The notes: a model not told the origin generated them from the letters alone. Positions 28,399 through 38,157 are shown, counted from the first letter of the stretch. The stretch is DNA of 64,000 bases from an uncultured bacterium (GCA_903864835.1 CAIPHK010000031.1:188-64187); one strand, 5' to 3'. Numbers and translations: made by a program.

Positions 28399-30476
28399 TA
28401 TTCAAGGTCGTCGGATCCATTATGGGCGCCCTGTCGTTGCAGGGTATTGCCCTGTTTGTTGGGTGGCGGGCTAGGAATCGACAGGGGGTGGGGTTTTTTA
28501 TTGGATTTTGTGTTTGTTTTTCGGTGTATTTACTGTTGGCAACCGTACAGGACTATCTGTTTTTTGAAATGCCAATGCAGGTACAGGGTGGGTTGAAGCC
28601 CATCGCTGATTGGGTGAGTTATTTCGCAATGGTGGCCGGAAATTTCTCCGTTGGATCTTTGTTCGGGTTTACCGAAACGTTTCCAGACAATCGGCAATTA
28701 TGGGGGCCCTGGCCTGGCCGATTGGTTTGGTTAGGATTGGCAGTTTTTGTTGGGTTTGGGGTAACGACCCTTAAACCCATTGGGTCGTCGGAGGCTTTTT
28801 GGACGGTTCCTCCCTATTTTGGAGGGTACTCTCTCTTTCTGAGCGGTGTGATTTTGATCATGCTCATTAATTTTGGGTGGAAAATTCAACGGTGCCGGGC
28901 CTCGGAACCGGGGTTGCCGGTGGTGGGTGCGGGACTGGGAATATTGGTGCTCGGGATCCTGGTGGGAGATCTTCTATTTCCGGCATTTAATCATTTTGAA
29001 TGGACTTGGGTGGATAGGGTGTTGGCGAACCTATTTGCACTGTCGGTTTTTGTTGCGGTTACCCAATACAAACTGTTTCGGATTCGAACAGCGGTGCATT
29101 ACACCCTATATTGGATATGGAGCTCCGCCGCATTCGGAGGGATTTTGTTGGTTTCAGTCGGCGGTATGTATCGTTATCGTCTACTCGGAGACCCTCAATC
29201 GATGAGCGCGTGGGTGTTAATGGCATCCATTGTTTCCCTATTGGTAATCTATCATTTAAAACAGATTCAGCCTCGGATCAATCGCTATTTTTTCCGACGG
29301 CAAATGGAACTCAATGAAACGGTTGGGCATTTTCAGAATTCCTTATCAACTTTGGCGACATTGCCCGCGTTTGTGGGAGTTACTACCGTTTTTTTGAAGC
29401 AAACGCTGTTTGTTTCCCGTATTGGATTTGTCTTTCGGTCCAGCGATGATACGTTTACTTATATTGATGATCGGGGTAGCGCGTATTTTCCCATATCCGC
29501 AACGGGGGAATTGACTGAGGAAGGTATGCCTGCTTTTTTAAAAATTGTTGAAGCTGAAGTGGGTACCCGGTTTGTGATCGGAATGGTGCTTGCGGCACAA
29601 GATGGTCCGTTTGGTGTTTTGTTATTAACGGAGATGCAAAATTTGCGTGAATTTGATTTTGAGGATGTTCGGTTTTTAAAACGAATCATCCCAAGTTTGA
29701 GTGTCTATCTCAAAAATGCGGTCTTGTATGACACCGTGCAAGCCAAACGAGATGAATTGGAGACCCTCCAACACCAGTTGGTGGAAATGCAAAGTGGTAT
29801 CCCTGAAAATGCGTTTGGTGCTGCTACCGGACCATTGTTAACCGCAGGTGTTTTACACGAGGTTAAAAATACCCATCTCGCGATGGGGGGACTGATTAAT
29901 CAAATTCTGGAAAAAAAAATTGAAGATCCCGCAATCATTGACGAAATTCTTAAAGCGATCGGATTGCAATCAGAATATCTGTATCTTTTTTCAAAAAATT
30001 TGTTGTATACCAATCAGTGGGCCGTTGATTCCTCCCCGTCGACGGTGGGAAGTGCACCGGTGGATCGATTGGATGTATCGATTGCGATTGAGCAGGCGAT
30101 ACGGCCACATGCGTTATTGATTCGGTCACAGGGGGTCGATGTTGTGACCATAATTGAGACGGAGGCCTGGCTCAATGTGGATTCAAAGTCGTTTCATCTT
30201 CTCCTCAGTAATTTGATCCATAATGCCGCAAAATATGGCGGAAAAAAACTAGAAATCATCGTTCGGTCTGAGGGTCCAGAGCCTGAGGTTGTTGCAAAGT
30301 CGTCTCACTTTGTCGATGGGGTCCCCCTCGACTTTACACTCGGTGTGGGACTTAATATTTGCAAAAAAATTATGTCTAGACATCAGGGGAAACTGTGGGT
30401 TGATGTTGCCCCAGATACGTTTCTTGTAACTGCGCAGTTTGGTCGACTAAACAACACGTGTATGGCTGCGGAGTAA
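28395..30476 (+). CDS. Membrane sensor histidine kinase-like protein (multi-TM, GAF-like, HisKA, shortened HATPase); paralog of 33809..35875
   Basis: LHEVKNTH H-box, NLIHNAAKY N-box, GVGL G2 box; no DxGxG. Confidence 0.8.
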   Translation: MIFKVVGSIMGALSLQGIALFVGWRARNRQGVGFFIGFCVCFSVYLLLATVQDYLFFEMPMQVQGGLKPIADWVSYFAMVAGNFSVGSLFGFTETFPDNRQLWGPWPGRLVWLGLAVFVGFGVTTLKPIGSSEAFWTVPPYFGGYSLFLSGVILIMLINFGWKIQRCRASEPGLPVVGAGLGILVLGILVGDLLFPAFNHFEWTWVDRVLANLFALSVFVAVTQYKLFRIRTAVHYTLYWIWSSAAFGGILLVSVGGMYRYRLLGDPQSMSAWVLMASIVSLLVIYHLKQIQPRINRYFFRRQMELNETVGHFQNSLSTLATLPAFVGVTTVFLKQTLFVSRIGFVFRSSDDTFTYIDDRGSAYFPISATGELTEEGMPAFLKIVEAEVGTRFVIGMVLAAQDGPFGVLLLTEMQNLREFDFEDVRFLKRIIPSLSVYLKNAVLYDTVQAKRDELETLQHQLVEMQSGIPENAFGAATGPLLTAGVLHEVKNTHLAMGGLINQILEKKIEDPAIIDEILKAIGLQSEYLYLFSKNLLYTNQWAVDSSPSTVGSAPVDRLDVSIAIEQAIRPHALLIRSQGVDVVTIIETEAWLNVDSKSFHLLLSNLIHNAAKYGGKKLEIIVRSEGPEPEVVAKSSHFVDGVPLDFTLGVGLNICKKIMSRHQGKLWVDVAPDTFLVTAQFGRLNNTCMAAE

Positions 30477-31541
30477 GTCTGCGGCTAAGCAGGCATGGAT
30501 CGGTTGGATATAGATCAAATCTCCCACTCTCAAAGAGTTAATCCGTTCGGAATCGACTTTTACAGTGCCCTGTTCTTGAGAGAGTTTGACCAAGCGGTTG
30601 CTCCTGGGGAGGGGGGTCCATCCGTCTGAACTTGATGTTACAAGATAGCCGTAGACTTTTTCCGAACCGGTATCCATTACTTCCTTTGAGAAGTGGACAG
30701 CGCCGCCATAAATGACCACTTCGTTTCGATCTGGATATACCCCGATGATCGGTGCGGCCACTGCGACCGCAATGTCGGCTTGGGTACAAGATCCGATTTG
30801 TTCCTGGGTTAAATCGTAGTAGACAAAATTGCCTGGTCGGATTTCATCGATGCCTTCAAATGACTTTATTGTGCTACAGCTGGGGGTATCGCCGATGGAT
30901 ATCAACGGGCACCAGTCGGGCCGAGAAATTTCATTTTTGACGGCGGTTAGTCGGATCATTGTCTGGGCGTGGAGTGCGAGGATGTCCTGTGCTGATCGGA
31001 GTTGATAGCTGTGACCTGAATGGGTCAGAAGTCCGTTGACCTTGATCATCGGGTGACGGGTTTGAATCGCGTTGAGACAGGCTGATATCTCGGTAATACA
31101 GTCCCACTTAAATCCAGTCCTTCCATAGCCCGCGTCAATTTCAAGCCAAATGTTGATCTGTTCGGACCCGTTTAAGATTTCCAGTAGGTGGTCTGCGGTA
31201 GATTTGGAATCAATGAGTATTCCGACTGAAATCGATTGTGCCAACGCCACAACGCGATCCAATTGCAGGATGTTGAGTGGCACGGCAATCGTGATGTCAT
31301 TCCACCCATCGTTCGCAAAATAGTCAGCCATTTCTACAGATGACACCGTGATTTTATCGACCCCCATTTTACGATATATAGCGCCAATAGTATGGCTCTG
31401 ATGGGTTTTGAAGTGGGGTCGAAATCGTATGGAATCGGGAACTTTATTAAGCATCCTAGCGATATTCCTGCGGACAATCGATTCCTTTACCAGCAATGTT
31501 GGGCGGCAAATTGGATCAATGTCGAGAGTCATTGTCATCAT
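30447..31541 (-). CDS. Fold-type III PLP enzyme, D-threonine aldolase / D-serine dehydratase (DSD1) family
   Basis: RPHFKTH (PLP Lys), HSGHSY, GDTPS, EIRPGNFVYYD, PIHAC. Confidence 0.9.
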   Translation of the reverse strand: MMTMTLDIDPICRPTLLVKESIVRRNIARMLNKVPDSIRFRPHFKTHQSHTIGAIYRKMGVDKITVSSVEMADYFANDGWNDITIAVPLNILQLDRVVALAQSISVGILIDSKSTADHLLEILNGSEQINIWLEIDAGYGRTGFKWDCITEISACLNAIQTRHPMIKVNGLLTHSGHSYQLRSAQDILALHAQTMIRLTAVKNEISRPDWCPLISIGDTPSCSTIKSFEGIDEIRPGNFVYYDLTQEQIGSCTQADIAVAVAAPIIGVYPDRNEVVIYGGAVHFSKEVMDTGSEKVYGYLVTSSSDGWTPLPRSNRLVKLSQEQGTVKVDSERINSLRVGDLIYIQPIHACLAADLLRSHTRVV

Positions 31542-31924
31542 GATGTGGCGACGGTGGCGATTAGATCGGCTTCAATCATTACGCCATCCTTTAAGCCCAC
31601 CTCGGGTACGATGGTTCGGGCGGGTGTGTGGCTTCCAAATACCTGTTGGCACTTGTGGTTGACGGGAATCCATAAGTCTTTTTTGACCAGAAATATGGAT
31701 AGCTTCAGTACGTTTCCCCAGTCAGAATTGGCTTCTTCGAGTATCGATTCCATGTTACGAAAAACCTGGTCGATTTGGGCCAAATCTCCCAGAACAATTT
31801 TTCCTGAAACGGGATCGATGGGAAGCTGTCCCGATAGATATAATAGACCGTTATGGACTATTGCTTGGGCATAATGGCCCCCCGGTGTCGGTGCATTTTT
31901 GGTGAAGATGATTCGTCCGTTCAT
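31538..31924 (-). CDS. RidA/Rid family enamine-imine deaminase
   Basis: GHYAQA, LSGQLP, NWGNVLK-like segment, PARTIV, IEADLIA. Confidence 0.9.
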   Translation of the reverse strand: MNGRIIFTKNAPTPGGHYAQAIVHNGLLYLSGQLPIDPVSGKIVLGDLAQIDQVFRNMESILEEANSDWGNVLKLSIFLVKKDLWIPVNHKCQQVFGSHTPARTIVPEVGLKDGVMIEADLIATVATS

Positions 31925-33660
31925 TATTCAAATACTCTTTCTGAATGAGGCCATTCGGTTTTTGCTTTTGCCAGGTCGACGTGAGAATAACTGCGTTGAA
32001 GCCACCGGTCGTTGCCGTCATATTTGGGCGTAAAAATCGACCGTCCATGCATCATTCGACGGTTGTCCAACACAAGAAGATCACCAGGTTCAAGATGAAC
32101 CCCCGACCCTATTTTGTCTAGGGTGTTTCGTAGTTCATTTAATGCCGCTTCTGCGGCTGGGGTTTTAAAGTGAATTTTGCAATGTTCTGCCATGACGATC
32201 GTCATTCCATGGATCATCGGTTGCCAATCGGGCGCCCAATCCTCTCGTTGATAGGATGCAGGTACATCAATTTTGTAGAGGGGTTGGCGTAATATTTCTA
32301 TGGCTTCCGAATGCGTCTGGCGGATGGCCTCTTCCATATCAACCATCGTTGTGAGGCACTTTTTTTCATGGTCTTCCTTTAGACATATCAACAGGAGATA
32401 GTCGGGTTTTATTTTGTGGAACGCCATTTCCATATGAAATCCAAAGGTCACTTTTGATCCCAGATTTGAGAGGCTCTGCTCATGGGCCGGATTCGGGCAG
32501 ATATTATGGACACATTGGCCTTCTTTTTCGTATTTGTAGCTAAAAGGTTGTCCCAAAATTAGGTTCATACCCATTAGCAGCGCTTCGCTTGCGTAGGTGG
32601 TTTTTTCGGACGCGATGACCGTTAACGGGGTATTCGGGAGGTGGGGGTCAATGGGAAGGCCTTTAATTAAAAGATAAGGTTGGCCGGCCCCTGATTTAAA
32701 GAGGTCGATTTGATCTTGAAAATGGGTATAGAGTACGGTCGAAATACCTCGAGTTTCCAGTAAAAAATCTTCAAAATGTTCCTGAGGAGAGCGTATTATG
32801 TCGGTTAATGCTAACTCCAGGTCCGTGCTTATTCTGGGGTCTACCAAGGGTATGATTTCGGGGGTTATGGTTTGTGGAGCCACTGTCTTAGTCGGGGATA
32901 GCTTGAACCGCTTGCTGTCGTGGATCATTTCGATATCGGAGTGGACGCGCTGAAGCTTTTGGAACGCCGTATCGACTGCCGCCCAGTAGGATCTCATTTC
33001 AGTCGTACATGCCATATATCGTGATCCGATGTTGTTGGAAACAAAATCAAGGTGAAAAATTTTTGAGTTCGCAACGATTTCGATGCGCTTTCCACGGAAA
33101 TGGCTGACTTCTTTTCGGATAATATTCAGGATATTAATGGGGTTTATTTCGTATGCTTTGATACCCAATATATTTAATTTGCCCTGATCCATCATTCTGA
33201 GCCCTCCCTTTTTGGTCTCATGTGATTGCAGATGATAGTCCGCCGGTGTTACATAAATTCGAATGAGCTTTGGATTCTCAAAAATGAGCGTTTTGATTTC
33301 ATTGGATGTCGCGATACCAACGGAATATGGTATCGTCGGATGGATTCTGAATCGGGCGCCCTCGTCACACCCATGAGTCTCTGGTTTGGTGTTAATGAGG
33401 AGGGTTGTACAACTTTTGATCAATGGGCGCAACGCGAGCGTGACCCGTCGTTGATCCATTTCATCCTCTATTCGAGGGATTCCAGAAAATGCGACCTTCA
33501 TTGTATTCACAGCATGTGAAAAACGGTGTTTTTTTTCAGTTTGAGTTAATGCCGGTGCTGACTGAAAAAATGGGATAACTCGTACCGGGATTCGCTCAGG
33601 AACTCCGATTGACGGAGTTTCCTGCAAACGAGATATGGCTACGATTCGATGGCGATGCAT
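31924..33660 (-). CDS. Two-domain protein: unknown N-terminal domain plus a clavaminate synthase/AsnO-like Fe(II)/2OG dioxygenase
   Basis: FHMEMAFH (HxE), PDYLLLICL, LDNRRMMHGR, RWLQR; GGAGG RBS 5 nt before ATG 33660. Confidence 0.88.
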   Translation of the reverse strand: MHRHRIVAISRLQETPSIGVPERIPVRVIPFFQSAPALTQTEKKHRFSHAVNTMKVAFSGIPRIEDEMDQRRVTLALRPLIKSCTTLLINTKPETHGCDEGARFRIHPTIPYSVGIATSNEIKTLIFENPKLIRIYVTPADYHLQSHETKKGGLRMMDQGKLNILGIKAYEINPINILNIIRKEVSHFRGKRIEIVANSKIFHLDFVSNNIGSRYMACTTEMRSYWAAVDTAFQKLQRVHSDIEMIHDSKRFKLSPTKTVAPQTITPEIIPLVDPRISTDLELALTDIIRSPQEHFEDFLLETRGISTVLYTHFQDQIDLFKSGAGQPYLLIKGLPIDPHLPNTPLTVIASEKTTYASEALLMGMNLILGQPFSYKYEKEGQCVHNICPNPAHEQSLSNLGSKVTFGFHMEMAFHKIKPDYLLLICLKEDHEKKCLTTMVDMEEAIRQTHSEAIEILRQPLYKIDVPASYQREDWAPDWQPMIHGMTIVMAEHCKIHFKTPAAEAALNELRNTLDKIGSGVHLEPGDLLVLDNRRMMHGRSIFTPKYDGNDRWLQRSYSHVDLAKAKTEWPHSERVFE

Positions 33661-33700
33661 AAAGTCCTCCCGAGAAAATGGTGATAACGGAAGGGGAACT

Positions 33701-33717
33701 TGCACGGATGATGCCAA
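33701..33717 (-). promoter_or_regulatory. Sigma54 -24/-12 promoter of the dioxygenase operon
   Basis: TTGGCATCATCCGTGCA = TGGCA with GG-N10-GC; ~40 nt upstream of ATG 33660; a GAFTGA activator gene lies nearby. Confidence 0.75.
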
Positions 33718-33808
33718 GGTTGAATTGGGTCAAGATCCGGGGGTGTTTATTGAAGGTTTAGGGTCATTTGCGGTATTTGAGTCCGACGCTTACCTCAATA
33801 TGGTGACT

Positions 33809-35875
33809 CTATAATCGACCAAATTTGGTTAATTGATTATTTGCAATTGGGCCCGGGGCGGGCGAATGGGGGACCTGTATTTGAACAAAATAGTGAGAGT
33901 CCGACGACCGAATTTCTAGGGCGCCGCCGTGATGCTCGACAATGTATTTTGAGACATGAAGGCCGAGGCCCGTGGTATTTTCAGAATACGAGTTGGCATG
34001 ATTTTCTGTTAATGGAGAACTAAAAAGGAGCTCATATTCACTATCGCGATACTGACCGGTAATCGTAAGTTGATTGAGTTTTTGATATTTGGCCGCATTG
34101 TTAATGAGGTTGCTGATGACCAAATGAAATTTGTCCTTGTCGGCCCAAATATGATCGGATGCAGTGACGTTAATGTGGATCCGGAGCTGATTGGATTCGA
34201 TAAAGAAATGATTGCTTTGTATCGCATCGTGGATGAGCCCAATAACGGGGGCTTTAGCCGTTCGGAGGGTATATAGTTTCGATCGAATGAGCTCTTGATG
34301 AAGATAGTTCTTAGAAAATAGATGGAGCTTGGTCGATTGTTCTCCAATCACACTCAGGATCGTTTTTATTTCAGAGGGGTTTGATATGGTGCGGTTTAGA
34401 ATCAATGATACAAAATTACTGACTGCGAAATGGGTGTTTTTGACCTCATGAATAATGCCTCGCGCCAATTCCTGGGTATGGGTTTGAATTTGTTCAATAG
34501 CGGCCTTTTCACGTTCAGAATGGATGAGGTCATTTTGGAGTTGAACCAGTTGGGTATTTTTGGCTTTGAGTTCATCAAAGAGGATAGCGTTGTTTAAAAA
34601 AATGGCGGTTTGATGGCTAATTCGGTGCATGAATGTCAGTTCGTCATTCGAATACGGGGTCAGATTCTTTTTTTCACCCACCAGGATTGTTCCCACGAAG
34701 GTGTCATTAATCGCCAGGGGGATTGTGGTTGTGCCCAATTCGACACCGGGGTCAGGATCACCGAGTTTGACTTGGACATGGGTGGCGTATAGCACTTCTG
34801 AAAATGTGGTTTGAATGGTTCGGATCAGTGTTTCTGTTGAATTGAGTTGAGAAATCCGTTCCGCAAAGTCGATGGCGTGTTCACGAAGCTGAAATTTTCG
34901 CCGAAAAAATCGGTGATTGAGCTTGGGTTGTATCCACTGAAAATGAAATAAGACCGCAATTGAGGATATAAAAAGGATTCCAAACAACCCGAGGGGTGTG
35001 AATTGGGCGTGGAATATTGAATTGATAAAGGGTGTTGTTGCCACCAGAATCCCAAGCGGAGGGATAAAAACGACGGTCGATACAATCGCCCAGTAGATCG
35101 TGTAATGGATGGCGGTTCGGATGTTAAAGGCGTTGTATTTGGTCACCGCGACGAACATTCCGAAAAATGTCAGAACAAAACTGTATCGACCATATCTGGC
35201 GAACGAATGGATTCCGAATACCGGTAATAGTGTCGAAAAAACGAAGATCATCGTTACCGTGACACTTAACCAGGGGCACACCCAGCGTGCTTCGTTTCGG
35301 AGATTGGACGGAACGGTCATCATTTTTTTGATGAGGATAATAATGGTCGCAAATAGTCCAAGCCCGACGTAGCCCATGTACAGTGTAAAAAATGGAATTA
35401 AATGGAAATGAAGGTGGTGCGTGACCGGATCTTGTTCCGCGATAAAATAGTTCCCAATAGGGTAGGCTGAGGTGATAAATATCGCTTCTACAACGGTGGA
35501 TATCCCAACGATAAGGGTGACCCATCGTCGATCATTGCGGGTGGTGGGCACAAGATAGTGGATGGCAAATCCAAACAGGCCTGCCAGGAGATAGGGGCCT
35601 GCCAAAAGAGAGGCCAGTCCCGCCCAATGAATTTTTAGGAAATAATAGTGGGTTACGGTGGCAATGTGGTCCGGATTTGCGATGATCTCGGCGTTGGCGA
35701 GTTCAAATAGTCGTTCACGAAGTCCGGCAAAGAACACATATAAAAATGCAAACATTGAAAATATAAACACTGGGAGAACCAGTCGCTTTTTTTGAGCAGT
35801 TATGAGTACAAAAAATCCCATTAACAGCATCGCAATAGCGGCAAATGAGGAAATCCAAAACAAGATAATACTCAT
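33809..35875 (-). CDS. Membrane sensor histidine kinase-like protein (multi-TM, GAF-like, HisKA, shortened HATPase)
   Basis: IIHEVKNTH, NLINNAAKY, TGLGL; ATG 35875 directly after the regulator stop. Confidence 0.85.
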   Translation of the reverse strand: MSIILFWISSFAAIAMLLMGFFVLITAQKKRLVLPVFIFSMFAFLYVFFAGLRERLFELANAEIIANPDHIATVTHYYFLKIHWAGLASLLAGPYLLAGLFGFAIHYLVPTTRNDRRWVTLIVGISTVVEAIFITSAYPIGNYFIAEQDPVTHHLHFHLIPFFTLYMGYVGLGLFATIIILIKKMMTVPSNLRNEARWVCPWLSVTVTMIFVFSTLLPVFGIHSFARYGRYSFVLTFFGMFVAVTKYNAFNIRTAIHYTIYWAIVSTVVFIPPLGILVATTPFINSIFHAQFTPLGLFGILFISSIAVLFHFQWIQPKLNHRFFRRKFQLREHAIDFAERISQLNSTETLIRTIQTTFSEVLYATHVQVKLGDPDPGVELGTTTIPLAINDTFVGTILVGEKKNLTPYSNDELTFMHRISHQTAIFLNNAILFDELKAKNTQLVQLQNDLIHSEREKAAIEQIQTHTQELARGIIHEVKNTHFAVSNFVSLILNRTISNPSEIKTILSVIGEQSTKLHLFSKNYLHQELIRSKLYTLRTAKAPVIGLIHDAIQSNHFFIESNQLRIHINVTASDHIWADKDKFHLVISNLINNAAKYQKLNQLTITGQYRDSEYELLFSSPLTENHANSYSENTTGLGLHVSKYIVEHHGGALEIRSSDSHYFVQIQVPHSPAPGPIANNQLTKFGRL

Positions 35876-35876
35876 G

Positions 35877-37226
35877 TTATCCAATGGATTTTGTGGGGTA
35901 GATATTGTGCTTTCGCAACTTTCCCTGAAGGGTTGAGCGATGAATTTTGAGCTCTCGGGCTGCGCCTGACAGGTTATGGTTGTGTTTGGTTAATGCGTTT
36001 TTTATTTCTCCAACTTCGATGGCGTCAATTTGATCATTGAGGGTGCCTTCCTTTGAGAGATTAGAGGGGGCTGTGGCCCACCGTGGGATATGAATTTCAC
36101 CCTGGCTATGAAGCCATACCATAATTTGAATTTCATTTTTGAGTTCTCTCAGGTTGCCGACCCAATGGCTTTCTAATAGCTTTTGTTGGATCGGGGCCGA
36201 TAATCTAAAATTGCAGCTATATTTTTGATTAAACTCTGAAATGTAGTGTTCAGAAAATTGGCGAATAAGTTCTGGATTTTCTTTGAGAGCCGGGAGTTTT
36301 ACGACAAACTGTTTGATCCGATAATACAGATCGGAGCGAAACTCTCCATTTTTGACCGCGACCTCTAAGTCTTTGTTGGTTGCGGTTATCAAGGTGAAAT
36401 CCAGTTGAATTTCTTTGTGTCCCCCAATTCGGACCACTCGTTTGGTTTCTAGGACGCAGAGGAGCTTTTCTTGGAGCTCGCGGCTAAGATTGCCGACTTC
36501 ATCCAAAAATAAAATCCCCCCGTTGGCCATCTCAAATTTCCCCTTTCGCGTGTCGACTGCTCCGGTGAACGCCCCGCGTTCCGTTCCAAATAATTCGGCT
36601 TCCGCAAGTGAGTGGCAGATGGCGCCACAGTCGATAGAGATCAACGGTTTTTTTGGCATCAATTTCTGATGAATGTAGGTGACGAGTGTTCCTTTTCCAA
36701 CCCCAGTTTCGCCCAAAATGACCAGCGATAGCCCACCCTTTACGGCCCGCAGTGCCAAATCAAATGTCGTTTGGTAGTCACGGATGTCCGGAATAAAAAT
36801 ATCGATATCAGACTCGATGGCAACTCTGGACTCTGACCATTGTCGTTCAAGTTTGGCATCGAGAATTTCTTGGATTGTTTTGTTGAGTAAGCCGGGATTG
36901 GTTTCAAGATCTTCCTTAAAGACGTAGTCCTTAGCGCCGTGTTTGAGGCAGTTCAATACCATTTGGGGATCATCACTCACTGTTGCCATGACGATGGATA
37001 CGTCAGGATGCTCCCGACGAATGGTTGTCAGTAGGTCGAACTCATGGACGTCCGGCATCAAAAGATCGAGGACCACAAGTTGGATATCGTTGGTCCTAAG
37101 ATGGGTTAATGCGGCGCGTTGGGTTTCCGCCTCGAGAACGGTGAAATTTGCACAGAGCAGCGATTTGAACTGCAGCCGCACAAGTGTATTATCGTCAATA
37201 ATTAATATGAGCGGCTTAAATTTCAT
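35877..37226 (-). CDS. NtrC-family sigma54-dependent response regulator
   Basis: Receiver IIDD..LDLLMP, GETGVGK, GAFTGA, LFLDEV, GNLREL, Fis-type HTH. Confidence 0.95.
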   Translation of the reverse strand: MKFKPLILIIDDNTLVRLQFKSLLCANFTVLEAETQRAALTHLRTNDIQLVVLDLLMPDVHEFDLLTTIRREHPDVSIVMATVSDDPQMVLNCLKHGAKDYVFKEDLETNPGLLNKTIQEILDAKLERQWSESRVAIESDIDIFIPDIRDYQTTFDLALRAVKGGLSLVILGETGVGKGTLVTYIHQKLMPKKPLISIDCGAICHSLAEAELFGTERGAFTGAVDTRKGKFEMANGGILFLDEVGNLSRELQEKLLCVLETKRVVRIGGHKEIQLDFTLITATNKDLEVAVKNGEFRSDLYYRIKQFVVKLPALKENPELIRQFSEHYISEFNQKYSCNFRLSAPIQQKLLESHWVGNLRELKNEIQIMVWLHSQGEIHIPRWATAPSNLSKEGTLNDQIDAIEVGEIKNALTKHNHNLSGAARELKIHRSTLQGKLRKHNIYPTKSIG

Positions 37227-37235
37227 CGTCGGCAA

Positions 37236-37307
37236 CCCCCCCTGAGTGATTAAATTTAATTATTCCACTTTTTGGATAATTAAATCAAGTCACTCTCCAG
37301 GGGGGGG
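37236..37307 (-). promoter_or_regulatory. Long imperfect hairpin filling the gcvH-regulator gap and pairing the regulator's G-rich RBS
   Basis: CCCCCCCTGGAGAGTGACTTGATTTAATTATCCA pairs with TGGAATAATTAAATTTAATCACTCAGGGGGGG, which ends 9 nt before ATG 37226. Confidence 0.6.
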
Positions 37308-37688
37308 CTATAGCGTCTCTAAGAAGTTTTTGTATTCTTCTGGAGTCATGAGGTCGTCGATTTCTTTCTCATCGCTGAGAGATACTTTGACGAGCCATCC
37401 ATCGTCGTAAGGGGATTCGTTGACGTACCCTGGATTTTTGCTGAGCTCCAGGTTGGTTTCAAGAACCTCGCCTCCGACCGGTAGATAGAGGGATGAAATG
37501 GTCTTAACGGATTCGACCGATCCAAATTCATCCATCTGGCCGATTTGGCGACCAATTTCGGGTAGGTCGACGAATACGATTTCTCCAAGTTCGTCAACGG
37601 CGTGTTGTGTAATGCCAACGATGGCCGTGTCATTTTCGACGCGTACCCACTCGTGTTCTTCTGTATATTTGAGATCCGATGGGATCAT
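37308..37688 (-). CDS. gcvH: Glycine cleavage system H protein
   Basis: LKYTEEHEWV, ESVK lipoyl Lys, NESPYDDGW. Confidence 0.96.
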   Translation of the reverse strand: MIPSDLKYTEEHEWVRVENDTAIVGITQHAVDELGEIVFVDLPEIGRQIGQMDEFGSVESVKTISSLYLPVGGEVLETNLELSKNPGYVNESPYDDGWLVKVSLSDEKEIDDLMTPEEYKNFLETL

Positions 37689-37842
37689 GGGTTGTCCTCC
37701 GTCTGCTGAATTGAGAGGGCCAATTATAGATGTTTTTTGCGTGTTGTAAATATCCGGAGTTCGAGTCTATAGTGTGTCTATAATGGATGACTGACGTCGG
37801 GCGGTTTGCCGGGCTCGTTTTGGGGGCAAAAAGGAGGCCGTT

Positions 37843-38133
37843 ATGAAGCGTTTTTTGTTAGGCTTATTCATCGGAATTTTGGTGGCTACGGGGTCGCACT
37901 CACTCGTTGCGGGTTTTGTGTTGAGAAATCAGCGCGTATCCACTCTTCAAGGGACTCGGTCCTTAACGAATGATGAGTTGGCTCAAGCTGTAATGGCGAA
38001 TGATGAGCGCATCGAGGTCATGCAGGGGGAACTTTCCAAAATGCGCGGTGAAAATCAGAAGATTCAAAAAGATATGGGTGAAGTAGAAGCCTCATTGATT
38101 CAGTTCAAAAATCTATATTTCCGTCGGTTTTAA
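37843..38133 (+). CDS. Small hypothetical protein with signal/TM segment and coiled coil
   Basis: AGGAGG RBS; hydrophobic N-terminus; heptad-like C-terminal half. Confidence 0.75.
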   Translation: MKRFLLGLFIGILVATGSHSLVAGFVLRNQRVSTLQGTRSLTNDELAQAVMANDERIEVMQGELSKMRGENQKIQKDMGEVEASLIQFKNLYFRRF

Positions 38134-38157
38134 TTCAAATAATAAGGGAGCCTTCCT

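Noticed and set aside
33661-33717. MASSVQVPLP.. effector-like N-terminus on the dioxygenase
   Set aside because: The TTG is part of the sigma54 -24 box; the GGAGG RBS marks ATG 33660.
36317-36324. Extra TCCGATAA octamer
   Set aside because: No TGAAATT at the 14-nt spacing; it lies antisense inside the regulator gene.
37756-37772. GTTCGAGTC tRNA T-loop-like motif
   Set aside because: No 5-bp T-stem, acceptor stem or anticodon arm.
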